A DNA stretch of 60,647 bases, filler included, from 4 parts of 4 records of this genome joined end to end with filler, not necessarily neighbours in it; one strand, 5' to 3'. Shown: positions 8,494 through 19,174, counted from the first letter of the whole stretch. Translations and numbers: made by a program. Notes: generated from the sequence alone by a model not told the origin.

Positions 8494-11400
8494 TTATTTT
8501 AAGAGAGTAATACTCATAATGCCGATAACAACATCATTAGCAATGGTTTTTAATTCTATGTTTTTTAATTCTTTAGTTGCGTCTAACGGAAGATCTAAAA
8601 TAGTGGCAGCACCACCATCTATAGCAAAGTTGGTAAATCCTTTAATAGATGTATAATCTTTAAAATCAAGAAAGATTTCTCCTGTTTTTAGATGAACACG
8701 AGGTGGTTTTGACGCTTTAGTAGTAAAAGCAAAATTATCGGTATAATAATCTTGTTCTATAGGCCACCAATTTTCAGGGTTTTTAAGGGGTAAGTTTGTA
8801 TGAGTCCCATCTTTATAATGAACTATAATTTCTCCATTTGTAATATTACTTTGCATTGGATTAGTAGTTCCAGCCATTAGAAGGTATAGGTGTTTGGCTT
8901 TCCCAGAAAGTTTTATTTGTATCTTTTCAGGGAAATTATCCCATTGGGAAGTAAATACAATATCATTGGCGTTTTTTGGAGCTATTTTAAAAGGAATGTT
9001 ATTATAAATAATATTTCCATTGTTTGCTGCCGCTTTTTGCTTAATTCCTGTAGCATCTATTTCTGGAGCAATAAAAGGGTAGCACCAATTTCCAATGCCT
9101 TGTGTAGGAAGTTGTAGGGTAGGAGATGTAGGCCGAGGTTCCATATATTCTTGTTTAAATATATTAGTTACCTTACTGTTAAAGCTTCTACCTATATCTA
9201 TAGTTTCAAAACTGCTGTTAGCTGCTGCTTTTACTTTCCAATTTTGAAAAGTGCCAACTTTGTAGCGTTTATTTTTTTTAGATGAAACGTGTAATAAATT
9301 AGAACCAGGAATTAAAGCATTTTCTTCAATGTTAAGAATAGAATTCTTTTTATTTAGAACACCTTTCTTAGTATTATTTATCCAATATTGAAGAGATTCT
9401 TGCTGAGGATTTTTTCTTTTTAAGGTAATTTGTGAGCCCTTATCTAGTGTTACAACCTTAGCCAATTTAATGGCTGGAATCAATTTTACATCTATGGGCT
9501 GCCACCATGTAAAAGCTCCTTGCTTTAGTTGAAGGAAAAAGGTTTTAGCTCCAAGAGATTCATTGAAATTACCCGAAAAATCATGTTTATTAAGATATTG
9601 GTTTCTAAAAACTAATTGTGGATCGTATATTTTTTTGAATTGAACTGTTTTATTTAGCAGTTTAAAAGTATCGTTAGGGGTATAATTTACTGGAAATTTA
9701 ACTTTCTCAATTTTAGTTCCTTTCCATGTAATATCTATTTTATAATCAGTTCTATAAATATCAGTAATTATAATTTTTGGTTTTACAATTGCCGTAGTAT
9801 CAACGTACCAAGAGATTACTTTTTCATCATTAATCTTGATTTGTTCAATAGCTTCTCTCTCCGCATTTACTATTAATTTCAGTTTCATCTTTTTTGGAAA
9901 CGAAGGAGAAATATGGTAAACACTTTTATTGTTTTTTGAAGTAAAAGAATAGTGGATATCTGGAAGTTTAATACTTGCATTATCCCAACTTTCAGGAAAT
10001 CCGGGTTGAAGGGTTAGGGTGTCCGAAATAGCATTAGGTTTTATTCCGTAGAGTCCTTCTACAAGGCTTCTAGCAGCCATTCCAATTGGATCGGCAAAAT
10101 CTCTGTAGAGTTCCCCCCGCATGGCATCGTAGAAAGATAATTGTTGAAAACCTCCTGGAGATGCCCCTAAATACATACTCTCCATAATTCCACTTTGCCA
10201 CAATTTATATGCCTTTTCTGGACGTTGTCCTAGCCAATAAGCTAACGAAGTATGCAAAACTTCTGCTAATGCAACATTGTTAACAGACCAAGTGTAAGGT
10301 TGCCAATTGGTTGTAGAAATTAGTTCCAAATTATCAAAAGGTAAACCTTCTGCTTTTACTGGAATATGAGGAATTTCAGTATCAATATAGCGGAGCATTT
10401 GATAGGCTTGAAATTTATCTGCAACCCCTTCATCTATAGTGTGATAAATACTCCAAACCCCTGGACTATCATGTGTTAATTGGTTTCCTAATAAATCTTT
10501 GTACTCTGAAAAAACACCCTTTTTTGGAATCCAAAGCTCATTATTTAAAGCCTTTTTTATTTGATTACTTTCTTGGGTGTAATTATCTTTATTAGAACTT
10601 GTGATATTATTTTTTTCGGCAATTGCACCAGCAAGTTTATTAGCACTGTAATTATATGCAGAAGAATAACTTACCGATCCTCCACTATATTGGAGGGCAT
10701 CGCTAGCCCAAATGGTTGCATAAGCATCGTAGAGATGGTTGTTGTCTGAATCAAAATTTCTTTTTTCCCAAGCTAAATGTCGCTCAATGGCAGGCCATAA
10801 CTCTTTAATCAGCGCATCGTCTCCCGTCCATAAATAATGACGGAACAACTGATTAAAAAACACCGAATTCATATCATAATGATGTGCAATGGTATTATTG
10901 TTGGGCCGTCTACTAATATATCCACTACTAAACATGGCTGTGCCAATTTCTTCTTTTTGTCTAGCAAAATTTCTTGTTGTATCTGGTACAACGGGTCCTG
11001 TTGGAGGATCGATTACTTGCGAATTTACATAACTTGTAAAATGAGATTCGGCTCTATCATGCCATCCTAAGGGGTTGGCTACATAAGCACCGCGCCATGC
11101 ATTTAAATGCATTCGCCATGCAATAGATCCGTGTAAAAAAGCGGGACTTTCCCAAATAGCATCTGCAGCGGTTGCCAATGCTCCCCCAATTGTATTGATG
11201 TATGGATTAGGAGTTTGTACCGTTAAAATTTGAGCTGTTTTATTAACTTTTTTAATCCCTGCTTTAAAATCGGATTCCAATGATGCTTCTATTGGTAATG
11301 CATCAGAATTTTCAAACTTCCAATAGAGCGGTTGTTTTAAGGAGTTTACTTTTCCTACTATCACCGGAAAAGAATCTTTTTCAGATTGATATACAGCTAA

Positions 11401-12120
11401 TGGATTTTCTTGATTGGAGGCAGATGCTATTTTAATTTCTGAAGTAGGAAAAACCCCAGACATTGTTCTGTTATTTCCTGTTTTCTCTTTATTATTTTCT
11501 GAACCGTATTTTACTATAAACGAATTATTAGTAACCGAATATTGATTATTGATGCAATATTTTGGTTGAAGATAAAAAACAGACTCTGGATCGGCTCCTA
11601 TATCTCCATCTCGATGAAACTTTTTACCACTAGCACCTCCATATACCCAAATAAGTTTGACGGTTTCTGGTATATCTATAGAAGTTGCTTGGAGCATAAA
11701 CCCTTCACTTTTTGCTAAAGCAACTACTTTAAGGTGTATGCTTCCCTGTTTTAATAAAGAATCCGAAATTTGATAATTCATAATTCCTGGGGTATAAACA
11801 GTAGTTATACTATCACATTCGGTTAACCATTTACTTGAGCCATCTTGAGTAATAATTCCTAGTTTAAAATTACCTCCCATTCCAGGCATATACATTGCAA
11901 ATTCTGGTAAATCTCCAGTTTCTACTCTAAATCCTGTATTTGTACCGTATAAAGCTCTGTTGAATTTTCGCTCCCCATTTTGTAATTTAAAACCTTTTTC
12001 AAAAGGAAGGTAATGTACTTTTCGAATGCTATCATGCCAATATTGAGAATTTTGGGCATTCAAAAATGAAACTAAAATAACGGTAAATAAAAATGTTATG
12101 CAGATTCTAAATAGGGTCAT
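8494..12120 (-). CDS. DUF4450-type large secreted putative glycosidase
   Basis: 1208 aa, signal peptide; FNRALYGTNTGFRVETGDLPEF N-terminus recognised as DUF4450-like; helical-barrel-like central region. Confidence 0.65.
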   Translation of the reverse strand: MTLFRICITFLFTVILVSFLNAQNSQYWHDSIRKVHYLPFEKGFKLQNGERKFNRALYGTNTGFRVETGDLPEFAMYMPGMGGNFKLGIITQDGSSKWLTECDSITTVYTPGIMNYQISDSLLKQGSIHLKVVALAKSEGFMLQATSIDIPETVKLIWVYGGASGKKFHRDGDIGADPESVFYLQPKYCINNQYSVTNNSFIVKYGSENNKEKTGNNRTMSGVFPTSEIKIASASNQENPLAVYQSEKDSFPVIVGKVNSLKQPLYWKFENSDALPIEASLESDFKAGIKKVNKTAQILTVQTPNPYINTIGGALATAADAIWESPAFLHGSIAWRMHLNAWRGAYVANPLGWHDRAESHFTSYVNSQVIDPPTGPVVPDTTRNFARQKEEIGTAMFSSGYISRRPNNNTIAHHYDMNSVFFNQLFRHYLWTGDDALIKELWPAIERHLAWEKRNFDSDNNHLYDAYATIWASDALQYSGGSVSYSSAYNYSANKLAGAIAEKNNITSSNKDNYTQESNQIKKALNNELWIPKKGVFSEYKDLLGNQLTHDSPGVWSIYHTIDEGVADKFQAYQMLRYIDTEIPHIPVKAEGLPFDNLELISTTNWQPYTWSVNNVALAEVLHTSLAYWLGQRPEKAYKLWQSGIMESMYLGASPGGFQQLSFYDAMRGELYRDFADPIGMAARSLVEGLYGIKPNAISDTLTLQPGFPESWDNASIKLPDIHYSFTSKNNKSVYHISPSFPKKMKLKLIVNAEREAIEQIKINDEKVISWYVDTTAIVKPKIIITDIYRTDYKIDITWKGTKIEKVKFPVNYTPNDTFKLLNKTVQFKKIYDPQLVFRNQYLNKHDFSGNFNESLGAKTFFLQLKQGAFTWWQPIDVKLIPAIKLAKVVTLDKGSQITLKRKNPQQESLQYWINNTKKGVLNKKNSILNIEENALIPGSNLLHVSSKKNKRYKVGTFQNWKVKAAANSSFETIDIGRSFNSKVTNIFKQEYMEPRPTSPTLQLPTQGIGNWCYPFIAPEIDATGIKQKAAANNGNIIYNNIPFKIAPKNANDIVFTSQWDNFPEKIQIKLSGKAKHLYLLMAGTTNPMQSNITNGEIIVHYKDGTHTNLPLKNPENWWPIEQDYYTDNFAFTTKASKPPRVHLKTGEIFLDFKDYTSIKGFTNFAIDGGAATILDLPLDATKELKNIELKTIANDVVIGIMSITLLK

Positions 12121-12123
12121 GCT

Positions 12124-13668
12124 TTAAGGAGTGTTAAAATGAATTCCTTCTGTATTATTCAGGGTTATTTCTGATTTGTCTTCAGTTTTTATAGAAACAT
12201 TTTCTAAATTCCAGTCTTTACTGTATGAAATTCCTCCAGCAGTTTTAGCTTCTATATGAACATCATTTAAAGAGATATTTTCAATAATTGAATTCTCTAA
12301 TCCTTTTACGTTCATGGCTTTTTCTGCTCCTTTAACATCAATATTACTTAATGAAATATTTTTAAATGTAGGGATACCCTTAGATGCTGGAACCTCTTTA
12401 AGGAGTTTTTTCCAGTGTATTGGAATACTGTCTATATCATACCCTTCAGGAAGTTTTGAATAGCTATAACTAGGATTCCAGTTCATGGAAATTTTCACAA
12501 ATGTTTTCACACTATCCATCTGAATATTTTGCAAGGAGATATCCTCAACCGTTCCGCCACGGGTAAGAGCCGATTTTATATTTAAACCATTGCTGGTTCC
12601 TAAACCTTTAATATTAGAAACATACACATGTCTAATACTTCCAGCAGTCTCACTTCCTAGGGTGAATAATCCAGCACCTTTTCTTGCAATACAATTCCTT
12701 ATAACTACATATTCGGTAGGTCTATTTACACGTTGTCCATCCCAATCGCGACCTGCTTTTAAACAAAAATTATCATCATTACAATCGATATCACAATTTT
12801 GTATTAACACCCATTTAGAAGAATCAATATCAATGCCATCTGTGCTGGGACCGTGTCCGCCAATATTATTTTTTATAATGAGCCCGTCTACAGTTATTTT
12901 TTCAGAATAGAGGACGTGTACTGTCCAAAAACCAGCTTTTTGTATGTTTAAATCTTTTAAGGCAATATTCTTTGAATCGGAAATCAAGATGGTTCGAGGA
13001 CGCTTAGCATCGTAATCTACAATCCATCGTAATCCTTTTGGTTCGTATTCATTTTTTCGTAAATCCCAATAATAATCCCAAAACACTTTTCCTTGTCCGT
13101 CAATTAAACCTTCCCCATCTATAATTACATTTTCTTGATTGGAAACATTGATAAGAGCTGCTGGCCATTTCATTTCAATTCCAGCAACACGGGTGTCAAT
13201 TTCTTTATAATCATTAATATCTTGACTCCCTAAAATGGTTACATTTTTACCAATTTTAAAATGAATATTTTTTTTAATGAATATTGAACCAGATAAATAA
13301 GTTCCTGGTTTAAACGCTATCGTACCGCCACCATTTTCTGCACATTTATCAATAGCTTTTTGAATAGCTTCTGTATTGATGGTTTTGCCATCGCCAATTC
13401 CACCAAAATCATTTACAAAATATACGGTATCCTTGATAATTGCATTTTCTGCACCAACTTTATCAATCCAAGCAGGAGTGTCTTGTTGTGGGGTGTTTTC
13501 TGACTTGTTTTTACAGGATAAACATATGCTAAATAAGCATAGTATGAAGCATCCACGTCTAATTTTTAGAAACACAGTAGAATGATTATTTGGCTGTTCC
13601 AGATAACCATTAAAAAGCAATAAAAATAGATATTTGGAAAAAGTGGTGGTTTGGTAAATAGGTTTCAT
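12124..13668 (-). CDS. GH28 polygalacturonase/rhamnogalacturonase family protein, probable lipoprotein
   Basis: STDGIDID, NDDNFCLK, LGSE and NIKS GH28 motifs; LSC lipobox-like site; start codon uncertain. Confidence 0.9.
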   Translation of the reverse strand: MKPIYQTTTFSKYLFLLLFNGYLEQPNNHSTVFLKIRRGCFILCLFSICLSCKNKSENTPQQDTPAWIDKVGAENAIIKDTVYFVNDFGGIGDGKTINTEAIQKAIDKCAENGGGTIAFKPGTYLSGSIFIKKNIHFKIGKNVTILGSQDINDYKEIDTRVAGIEMKWPAALINVSNQENVIIDGEGLIDGQGKVFWDYYWDLRKNEYEPKGLRWIVDYDAKRPRTILISDSKNIALKDLNIQKAGFWTVHVLYSEKITVDGLIIKNNIGGHGPSTDGIDIDSSKWVLIQNCDIDCNDDNFCLKAGRDWDGQRVNRPTEYVVIRNCIARKGAGLFTLGSETAGSIRHVYVSNIKGLGTSNGLNIKSALTRGGTVEDISLQNIQMDSVKTFVKISMNWNPSYSYSKLPEGYDIDSIPIHWKKLLKEVPASKGIPTFKNISLSNIDVKGAEKAMNVKGLENSIIENISLNDVHIEAKTAGGISYSKDWNLENVSIKTEDKSEITLNNTEGIHFNTP

Positions 13669-13718
13669 TTTTTTAATTTCTTAGATACCGTAAGTTTCTA
13701 AAATATCATGAAAAGTGC

Positions 13719-13734
13719 ATCCTGTACATCCATG
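13719..13734 (-). promoter_or_regulatory. candidate operator CATGGATGTACAGGAT upstream of the GH28 operon
   Basis: Same motif on the sense strand, 50 nt before the ATG at 13668. Confidence 0.5.
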
Positions 13735-13742
13735 TATGAAAA

Positions 13743-13876
13743 AAGTGACTGTCTATAAAGCAATTTGTAGTTATCAAAATAATCCTGTCAAAATTTTTAA
13801 ATAACTAACATTCAAAAGATTCTTTGACCTACTCAGGATGATATTTAGAATTTAGATGCTTTATGGAGAGTCACTT
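13743..13876. mobile_element. MITE-like element with 20-bp terminal inverted repeats and an internal REP-like sequence
   Basis: AAGTGACTGTCTATAAAGCA (13743-13762) vs TGCTTTATGGAGAGTCACTT (13857-13876), 18/20 complementary. Confidence 0.55.
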
Positions 13877-13884
13877 ACATTTTT

Positions 13885-15300
13885 TTAAATTGTATGTTTT
13901 TTCTGATAGTACTTGCTGAATAAAATATATAAAATCCCACAGCAGAGCCATGTTGGTAAGGTGACAAAGGATAAGAAAATATCAAATTTTACAGAAATAA
14001 AATAGAATACCCCAAAGCTTATTAACCAAGCCCATAATACGGCATAATTAAATGAGATATTTGTTTTTTCAGCAAAGAAAGAGCTAATGCCACTTTTTTC
14101 AGCAAAGAAATGGTCAAAAACAATAATGGCACCAATAGGAGCAAGAATAAATCCGTACAGCGCTACAAAATCTAATAATTTCATTGCAAAAGCAGGAAAA
14201 AGACCAGCAATTGTAGCAATGGAACCCGCTAAAATAGTAACCCAAAAAGTAGAAGCTTTTGGGATTATGGCTTGAAAGGCCAAACCTGCTCTATAAATTG
14301 TAGGATTGGCTGTTGTCCAGCCCGCTAATATAACTGCAATAATCCCGAAAACACCAATGGCATTATAAGCTAAGGGACCGGGAGCTACTGTTGGAGCTTG
14401 ACCTCCTGCTAAAAAAGCCTGTGCTTCTGGAGATTTTAAATATACTGCATACAATAAAGCAGCAGAGATCCAAGCTATATAATGACCAATGTATATTCCT
14501 CCAGCAGTTGTCCATCCAATAGATGGTTTTTTTGCGAATCTAAAAACAGAGAGATCGGACATTCCAATATGCATGGCTGCATTAGCAAACCACGACCATA
14601 AGAAAACATGCCAAAAAGTATATTTTATTTGTCCTGGAAAAGGTTCACTTCCTTCACCCCATAGATTCCAAAAATCTGAAAAACTATGTACATTAAGTTG
14701 AGATAGCGCTACGATTCCGCAAACTATAAAAGCGAGTACAATTATAGGCGACATATAGTTTGCAGCTTTGGCTACCGTATTGTAACCTTTGGCAGCAATT
14801 AAAGAAATAATGGCACCTAAAATCAATACAATAACAACCCAAGTAATGCTATTAGGCATTGTATCTGTTAATTTGGGCATTTCCATATCAAAAGGAATTC
14901 CTACAGCAGTAGCAGAAACGGTAATCATGGCTCCAGCTAGAAAACAAAATAAAATTCCGTTTGCCAAATTGTAAACCGTTACTAATTTTTTACCACATAT
15001 TTTTTCCAAATGAAAATAAAGAGTATATCTAAATTTAGTCCCTATTTCTGCTGTTAAAAATCGCCAGCTCAATACCGCCATTAAATTCCCTAATAAAAGA
15101 CCTACAATAAGGTCAAAAGCGCTTACTCCAGTGGTAAGAAATAAAGGACCAATTACAAATTCGGTTCCTGCGGCGTGTTCCCCAGCATACATTCCTAAAA
15201 AACTTTTCCATCCTTTAAGTTTTGATTCTGGAACACGTTGTCTTTCATATTCTCCTCCTGCAATTTGCTCTATATCATCTTCAATGCTGTATTGTGTCAT
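13885..15300 (-). CDS. purine-cytosine permease (NCS1)-like membrane transporter in the rhamnose operon
   Basis: About 12 hydrophobic segments; EYERQRVPESKLKGWKSF N-terminus and WTTANPTIYRAGLAF motif typical of CodB-like proteins. Confidence 0.7.
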   Translation of the reverse strand: MTQYSIEDDIEQIAGGEYERQRVPESKLKGWKSFLGMYAGEHAAGTEFVIGPLFLTTGVSAFDLIVGLLLGNLMAVLSWRFLTAEIGTKFRYTLYFHLEKICGKKLVTVYNLANGILFCFLAGAMITVSATAVGIPFDMEMPKLTDTMPNSITWVVIVLILGAIISLIAAKGYNTVAKAANYMSPIIVLAFIVCGIVALSQLNVHSFSDFWNLWGEGSEPFPGQIKYTFWHVFLWSWFANAAMHIGMSDLSVFRFAKKPSIGWTTAGGIYIGHYIAWISAALLYAVYLKSPEAQAFLAGGQAPTVAPGPLAYNAIGVFGIIAVILAGWTTANPTIYRAGLAFQAIIPKASTFWVTILAGSIATIAGLFPAFAMKLLDFVALYGFILAPIGAIIVFDHFFAEKSGISSFFAEKTNISFNYAVLWAWLISFGVFYFISVKFDIFLSFVTLPTWLCCGILYILFSKYYQKKHTI

Positions 15301-15309
15301 AATTTGGTT

Positions 15310-16461
15310 TTAGTGGTTAATTAAATGTTTAGGTAAATCGGCTATTTTTTCACAACACAATTGATCCATTACTTGTTTTAATTGAACTTTTAGCATGGAA
15401 ATTGTATGGTCGCCACCTTGGTTACCCAATGCTGCAGCCCCATACATAAAAGATCTTCCCATGAAGGTAAATTTGGCACCGCTTGCTAAACTTCTAGCAA
15501 TATCAGGCCCCGAACGGAGTCCGCTATCCATCATTACTTCAATCTGATTTCCGTATTTTTCTGCAATGTTTGTAAGAGGTTTGATGGTAGATTCTCCAGC
15601 ATCCAATTGTCTCCCTCCATGATTGGAAACAATAACACCATCAAAACCTAATCGAATAGCTTCTTGAGTATCCTCTTCAGAAGCAACTCCTTTTAAAACC
15701 AATTTTCCTTTCCATTGATCGCGGATTGGTTTTATACGTTCTTCGTTAAGTCTCCCAGAAAAAGTTTCATCCATAAACTTCCCTAATTGTTTTAAATTAA
15801 GTCCGTTTGGCATATAGGGTTTTATATTTTCAAAATTTGGTTGTCCATGTTTTAAAGTTTCAAGAGCCCAACTTGGTTTTCCTAGAATTTGCAAGATATT
15901 TTGTAAACTCATTTTTGGAGGTAGCGCTAGCCCATTCCTAAAATCTCGTGGGCGGTAACCAAAAGTAGGAACATCACATAATAATACTAAAACTGGGCAT
16001 TGAGCATCTCCAGCTCTTTTTATAATATCTTTTCGGATGTAATCGTCAACTGGATTATAAAGTTGAAACCATGCGTTTCCCTCGGTGAGTTCACTTGCTC
16101 GTTCTATATTGCATGTGGTTACTGTACTTAAAATAAAGGGAATATTATGGTTAAAAGCCGCTTTTGCTAAAATTTCAGGCGAATTTGGCCACATGAGTCC
16201 CTGTAAACCTACTGGAGCAATACCAAAAGGAGCATCGTATTCCTTACCAAATAAGGTGGTTTTTATAGAACTATCGTTATAGTTTTTAAGGTATCTAGGC
16301 TCTAACTGAACCTCTCTAATCTCAGCAGTGTTTCGTTGGATATTAACATCTTCATTGCAACCGCCATCCAAATATTCAAAAGCAAACCTTGGAATTCTTT
16401 GTTGTGCTTTCTTCCTTAAATCATCAACCGAAGGATATTTATAGTTAAAGTTTAATGCCAT
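15310..16461 (-). CDS. lldD: FMN-dependent alpha-hydroxy acid dehydrogenase (L-lactate dehydrogenase)
   Basis: FEYLDGG, LKG and SNHGGRQLD motifs; context downstream of rhaEW. Confidence 0.85.
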   Translation of the reverse strand: MALNFNYKYPSVDDLRKKAQQRIPRFAFEYLDGGCNEDVNIQRNTAEIREVQLEPRYLKNYNDSSIKTTLFGKEYDAPFGIAPVGLQGLMWPNSPEILAKAAFNHNIPFILSTVTTCNIERASELTEGNAWFQLYNPVDDYIRKDIIKRAGDAQCPVLVLLCDVPTFGYRPRDFRNGLALPPKMSLQNILQILGKPSWALETLKHGQPNFENIKPYMPNGLNLKQLGKFMDETFSGRLNEERIKPIRDQWKGKLVLKGVASEEDTQEAIRLGFDGVIVSNHGGRQLDAGESTIKPLTNIAEKYGNQIEVMMDSGLRSGPDIARSLASGAKFTFMGRSFMYGAAALGNQGGDHTISMLKVQLKQVMDQLCCEKIADLPKHLINH

Positions 16462-16467
16462 AACTTG

Positions 16468-17841
16468 TTACTTTATAATTAGCGGAACATGTTTTTTTAA
16501 TGAATAGTTCTTTTTAAGGAACTTAGAATTAAGCTGGGTGTCAGAAATACTAATAGCAGCGCCCAAGGCAGACCCTAAGGATGCATCGGTAGTACGTAAT
16601 TCCATGTTTCTAAGATAGTGAGATAATAATTTAATATATACATCATTATCACTAAACCCGCCATCTACATACAATTTTGTTATTTGGTCATCTCCTTTGG
16701 CAGTTTCTATACTTTGCACCTGAAGCTTAACAAGCTCAATCATTAAATGATGATAAGCATCTTCAAAAGTATCGTATGGAAGTTCTGTGGCTGTTAGTTC
16801 GATATTATTTTTAATACTTTCCCATTTAAAAAGGTGCTCAAATTCTTTAGTTATTTCATAATAAGCATCTTCATCAAACTGAACAGTTTTATGATAATCT
16901 TCTGAAACCTGATACATTTCTGATAATTTTTTTACCTGAATTTTATATTCATTTCCCAGAAATAATCGAGAAGCTTTAACTTGTTTACCATTAATTCTCA
17001 TATAGTTAATACAATTATTTGTAACCTCAACGGTGGTTAACTCAGAAGAAGTAAATGGATTTAAAGCGATACTCCAAGTACCAGTGGATACCAAAACAAA
17101 AGGTTCTGTTAAACTCCTTACATACGGTAAAAGAGCAGCAGAACTATCGTGAATTCCAACACCAATTTTAATACGTTTTCCGTTGTAATTCATATTAATA
17201 CTCGTTTCTGTGGAAACGATAGGGGGTAAAATTTTATGAATTTCTTCTTTATATACCCATTGATGATAATCTTTTTTATTGTAATCCCATAAAGCAGTAT
17301 GGCAACCAATACTTGTATATTCACTCAAAGGAATTCCCGTAAAAATATAGCTGAGGTATTGTGGCAGATGCAATGAAAATTTTATTTTTTTAAACACCTC
17401 TGGTTTGGTATGTTTTAGCCAATACAACTGCATTCCTGAGTTTAAAAGACCTTCTTTAGAAGAACCTGTTTGCCGTGTGAACTCCAATTCAGGACCGTAT
17501 TTTTTATAAAATGAATTGATTAAATCTTCTTCAATCGGTTTTGTATAATTGTACAAGGGGGTGAGTGCTTCTCCATTTTCATCTAAATGAACAAAACTGG
17601 CTCCATAGGAAGAAAAATTGATAGCTTTAACATCAAACTCTTCCGCTTCTAAAATTCTATGAAATAATTTTTTTAACCAATTCTGAAGTTTTCCCAAGTT
17701 TTCGGTAGGATAACCATCTTCATCTTCAATAGATTCAAAACGAGCATATTCGCGATATACCTCTTGAAAATCTTCATCGAAGAGAAAGAATTTTTTATTA
17801 GTTTTTCCAATATCAAAAACAGCAGTAACTTTCCTTTTCAT
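16468..17841 (-). CDS. FGGY-family carbohydrate kinase, probable rhamnulokinase
   Basis: FDIGKTNKK, GIHDSSAA and STGTW motifs; operon context. Confidence 0.85.
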   Translation of the reverse strand: MKRKVTAVFDIGKTNKKFFLFDEDFQEVYREYARFESIEDEDGYPTENLGKLQNWLKKLFHRILEAEEFDVKAINFSSYGASFVHLDENGEALTPLYNYTKPIEEDLINSFYKKYGPELEFTRQTGSSKEGLLNSGMQLYWLKHTKPEVFKKIKFSLHLPQYLSYIFTGIPLSEYTSIGCHTALWDYNKKDYHQWVYKEEIHKILPPIVSTETSINMNYNGKRIKIGVGIHDSSAALLPYVRSLTEPFVLVSTGTWSIALNPFTSSELTTVEVTNNCINYMRINGKQVKASRLFLGNEYKIQVKKLSEMYQVSEDYHKTVQFDEDAYYEITKEFEHLFKWESIKNNIELTATELPYDTFEDAYHHLMIELVKLQVQSIETAKGDDQITKLYVDGGFSDNDVYIKLLSHYLRNMELRTTDASLGSALGAAISISDTQLNSKFLKKNYSLKKHVPLIIK

Positions 17842-17851
17842 GTTTCAATCG

Positions 17852-19129
17852 TTATAGTCCAGTTGCAACCGTATTTTTTCCTCTTTCTTTTATCAATTGT
17901 TCTCTTATGGAAAGCAATCTATATGTTTTTAAAGGATCTAAAGCTCCTTGTTGTTGCAGTCGAGCTTGTTTTACAAGCGGACGTACATCTGTTAAATAAG
18001 CGTTTTGAAGAATTTCCTGACATAAACTTACATCGTGATTTTCCTGTGCTTGTTTAAGTTTGGTTTGATCTACCAATAAGGCTTTGGCATATGTTATTTG
18101 AATGGTTTCTAATGATTGAATAAGGTCCTCCAAAGGGTCCTTTAGATTATGACTAGCGTCAATCATCCAAGAAAGTTCTGGATTTTGCGGATTGTTTTCC
18201 ATTCCGTAAACCAATTCATTAAAAATTAAGAAAAGCGCATAAGGTTTTATAGAGCCCACTGTAATATCATCATCACCATATTTACTATCATTAAAATGAA
18301 AACCACCTAGTTTTCCTTTAAGCATAAGTGTAGAAACAATTTGCTCGATGTTAGTATTTGGTAAATGATGTCCAAGGTCTACAAGTGTAAAAGCTTTTTC
18401 ACCACATTCATTAGCAAGCATAAAGGAAGTCCCCCAGTCCTGAATAACAGTGCTGTAAAAATAAGGTTCGTAGGGTTTGTACTCTATAAAAAGCTTCCAA
18501 TCGTTGGGTAACGATTTATAGATGTCTTTTAAACTGTTTTGGGTATGTGAAAGTGCCGTTTGAAAATTGCTTTGGCCAGGAAAAGAACTCCCATCTGCTA
18601 ACCAAACAGTAATACTTTTAGAACCTAATTTTTCTCCAATATTAATAACTTCTTTATTATGAGCTATAGCTTGGTCTCTTACCGCTTGACTTGTATTGCT
18701 AAGCGACCCAAATTTATAAGACTCTTTTGCATTGGGTTGATCTTGAAAAGTATTGGAATTAACAGCATCAAATTTTATATCGAGGCTATTTGCTAATTCT
18801 TTAATTGCGTTATAATCCTTTGGAATGTCCCATGGAATATGTAATGAAACAGCTCCAGCACTTTTGGTAAGGCTATGAATTACTCCAATATCTTCTAGTT
18901 TTTGTTCTAGTGAAGAAGGCTCTCCATGGTAAGAAAATCTTCCAAACCTGGTACCTCCAGCTCCTAGAGCCCAACTTGGAATTGCTATTTGAAAATTGGC
19001 TAATTTATTTACAATTTGATCTACTTGAATATTTTGCCTCGAAAGAGAAGAAGCTAAGTTATCAAATTGATCTTTATGAATAGATATATCGTCTTTATTG
19101 GTATTTAGTTGGTCTGGGTTTAAGATCAT
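17852..19129 (-). CDS. L-rhamnose isomerase (RhaI-type TIM barrel)
   Basis: GGTRFGRF, IEYKPYEP, VDLGHH and HFNDSKYGDDD motifs. Confidence 0.9.
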   Translation of the reverse strand: MILNPDQLNTNKDDISIHKDQFDNLASSLSRQNIQVDQIVNKLANFQIAIPSWALGAGGTRFGRFSYHGEPSSLEQKLEDIGVIHSLTKSAGAVSLHIPWDIPKDYNAIKELANSLDIKFDAVNSNTFQDQPNAKESYKFGSLSNTSQAVRDQAIAHNKEVINIGEKLGSKSITVWLADGSSFPGQSNFQTALSHTQNSLKDIYKSLPNDWKLFIEYKPYEPYFYSTVIQDWGTSFMLANECGEKAFTLVDLGHHLPNTNIEQIVSTLMLKGKLGGFHFNDSKYGDDDITVGSIKPYALFLIFNELVYGMENNPQNPELSWMIDASHNLKDPLEDLIQSLETIQITYAKALLVDQTKLKQAQENHDVSLCQEILQNAYLTDVRPLVKQARLQQQGALDPLKTYRLLSIREQLIKERGKNTVATGL

Positions 19130-19174
19130 AAGTTTAGATTATTTTAGGTTGTAAAACCAAAGTGAATTTAAAAA

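Noticed and set aside
13782-13839. Extra CAGGAT/ATCCTG hits near the GH28 promoter
   Set aside because: They lie inside the MITE/REP-like element and lack the 16-bp operator context
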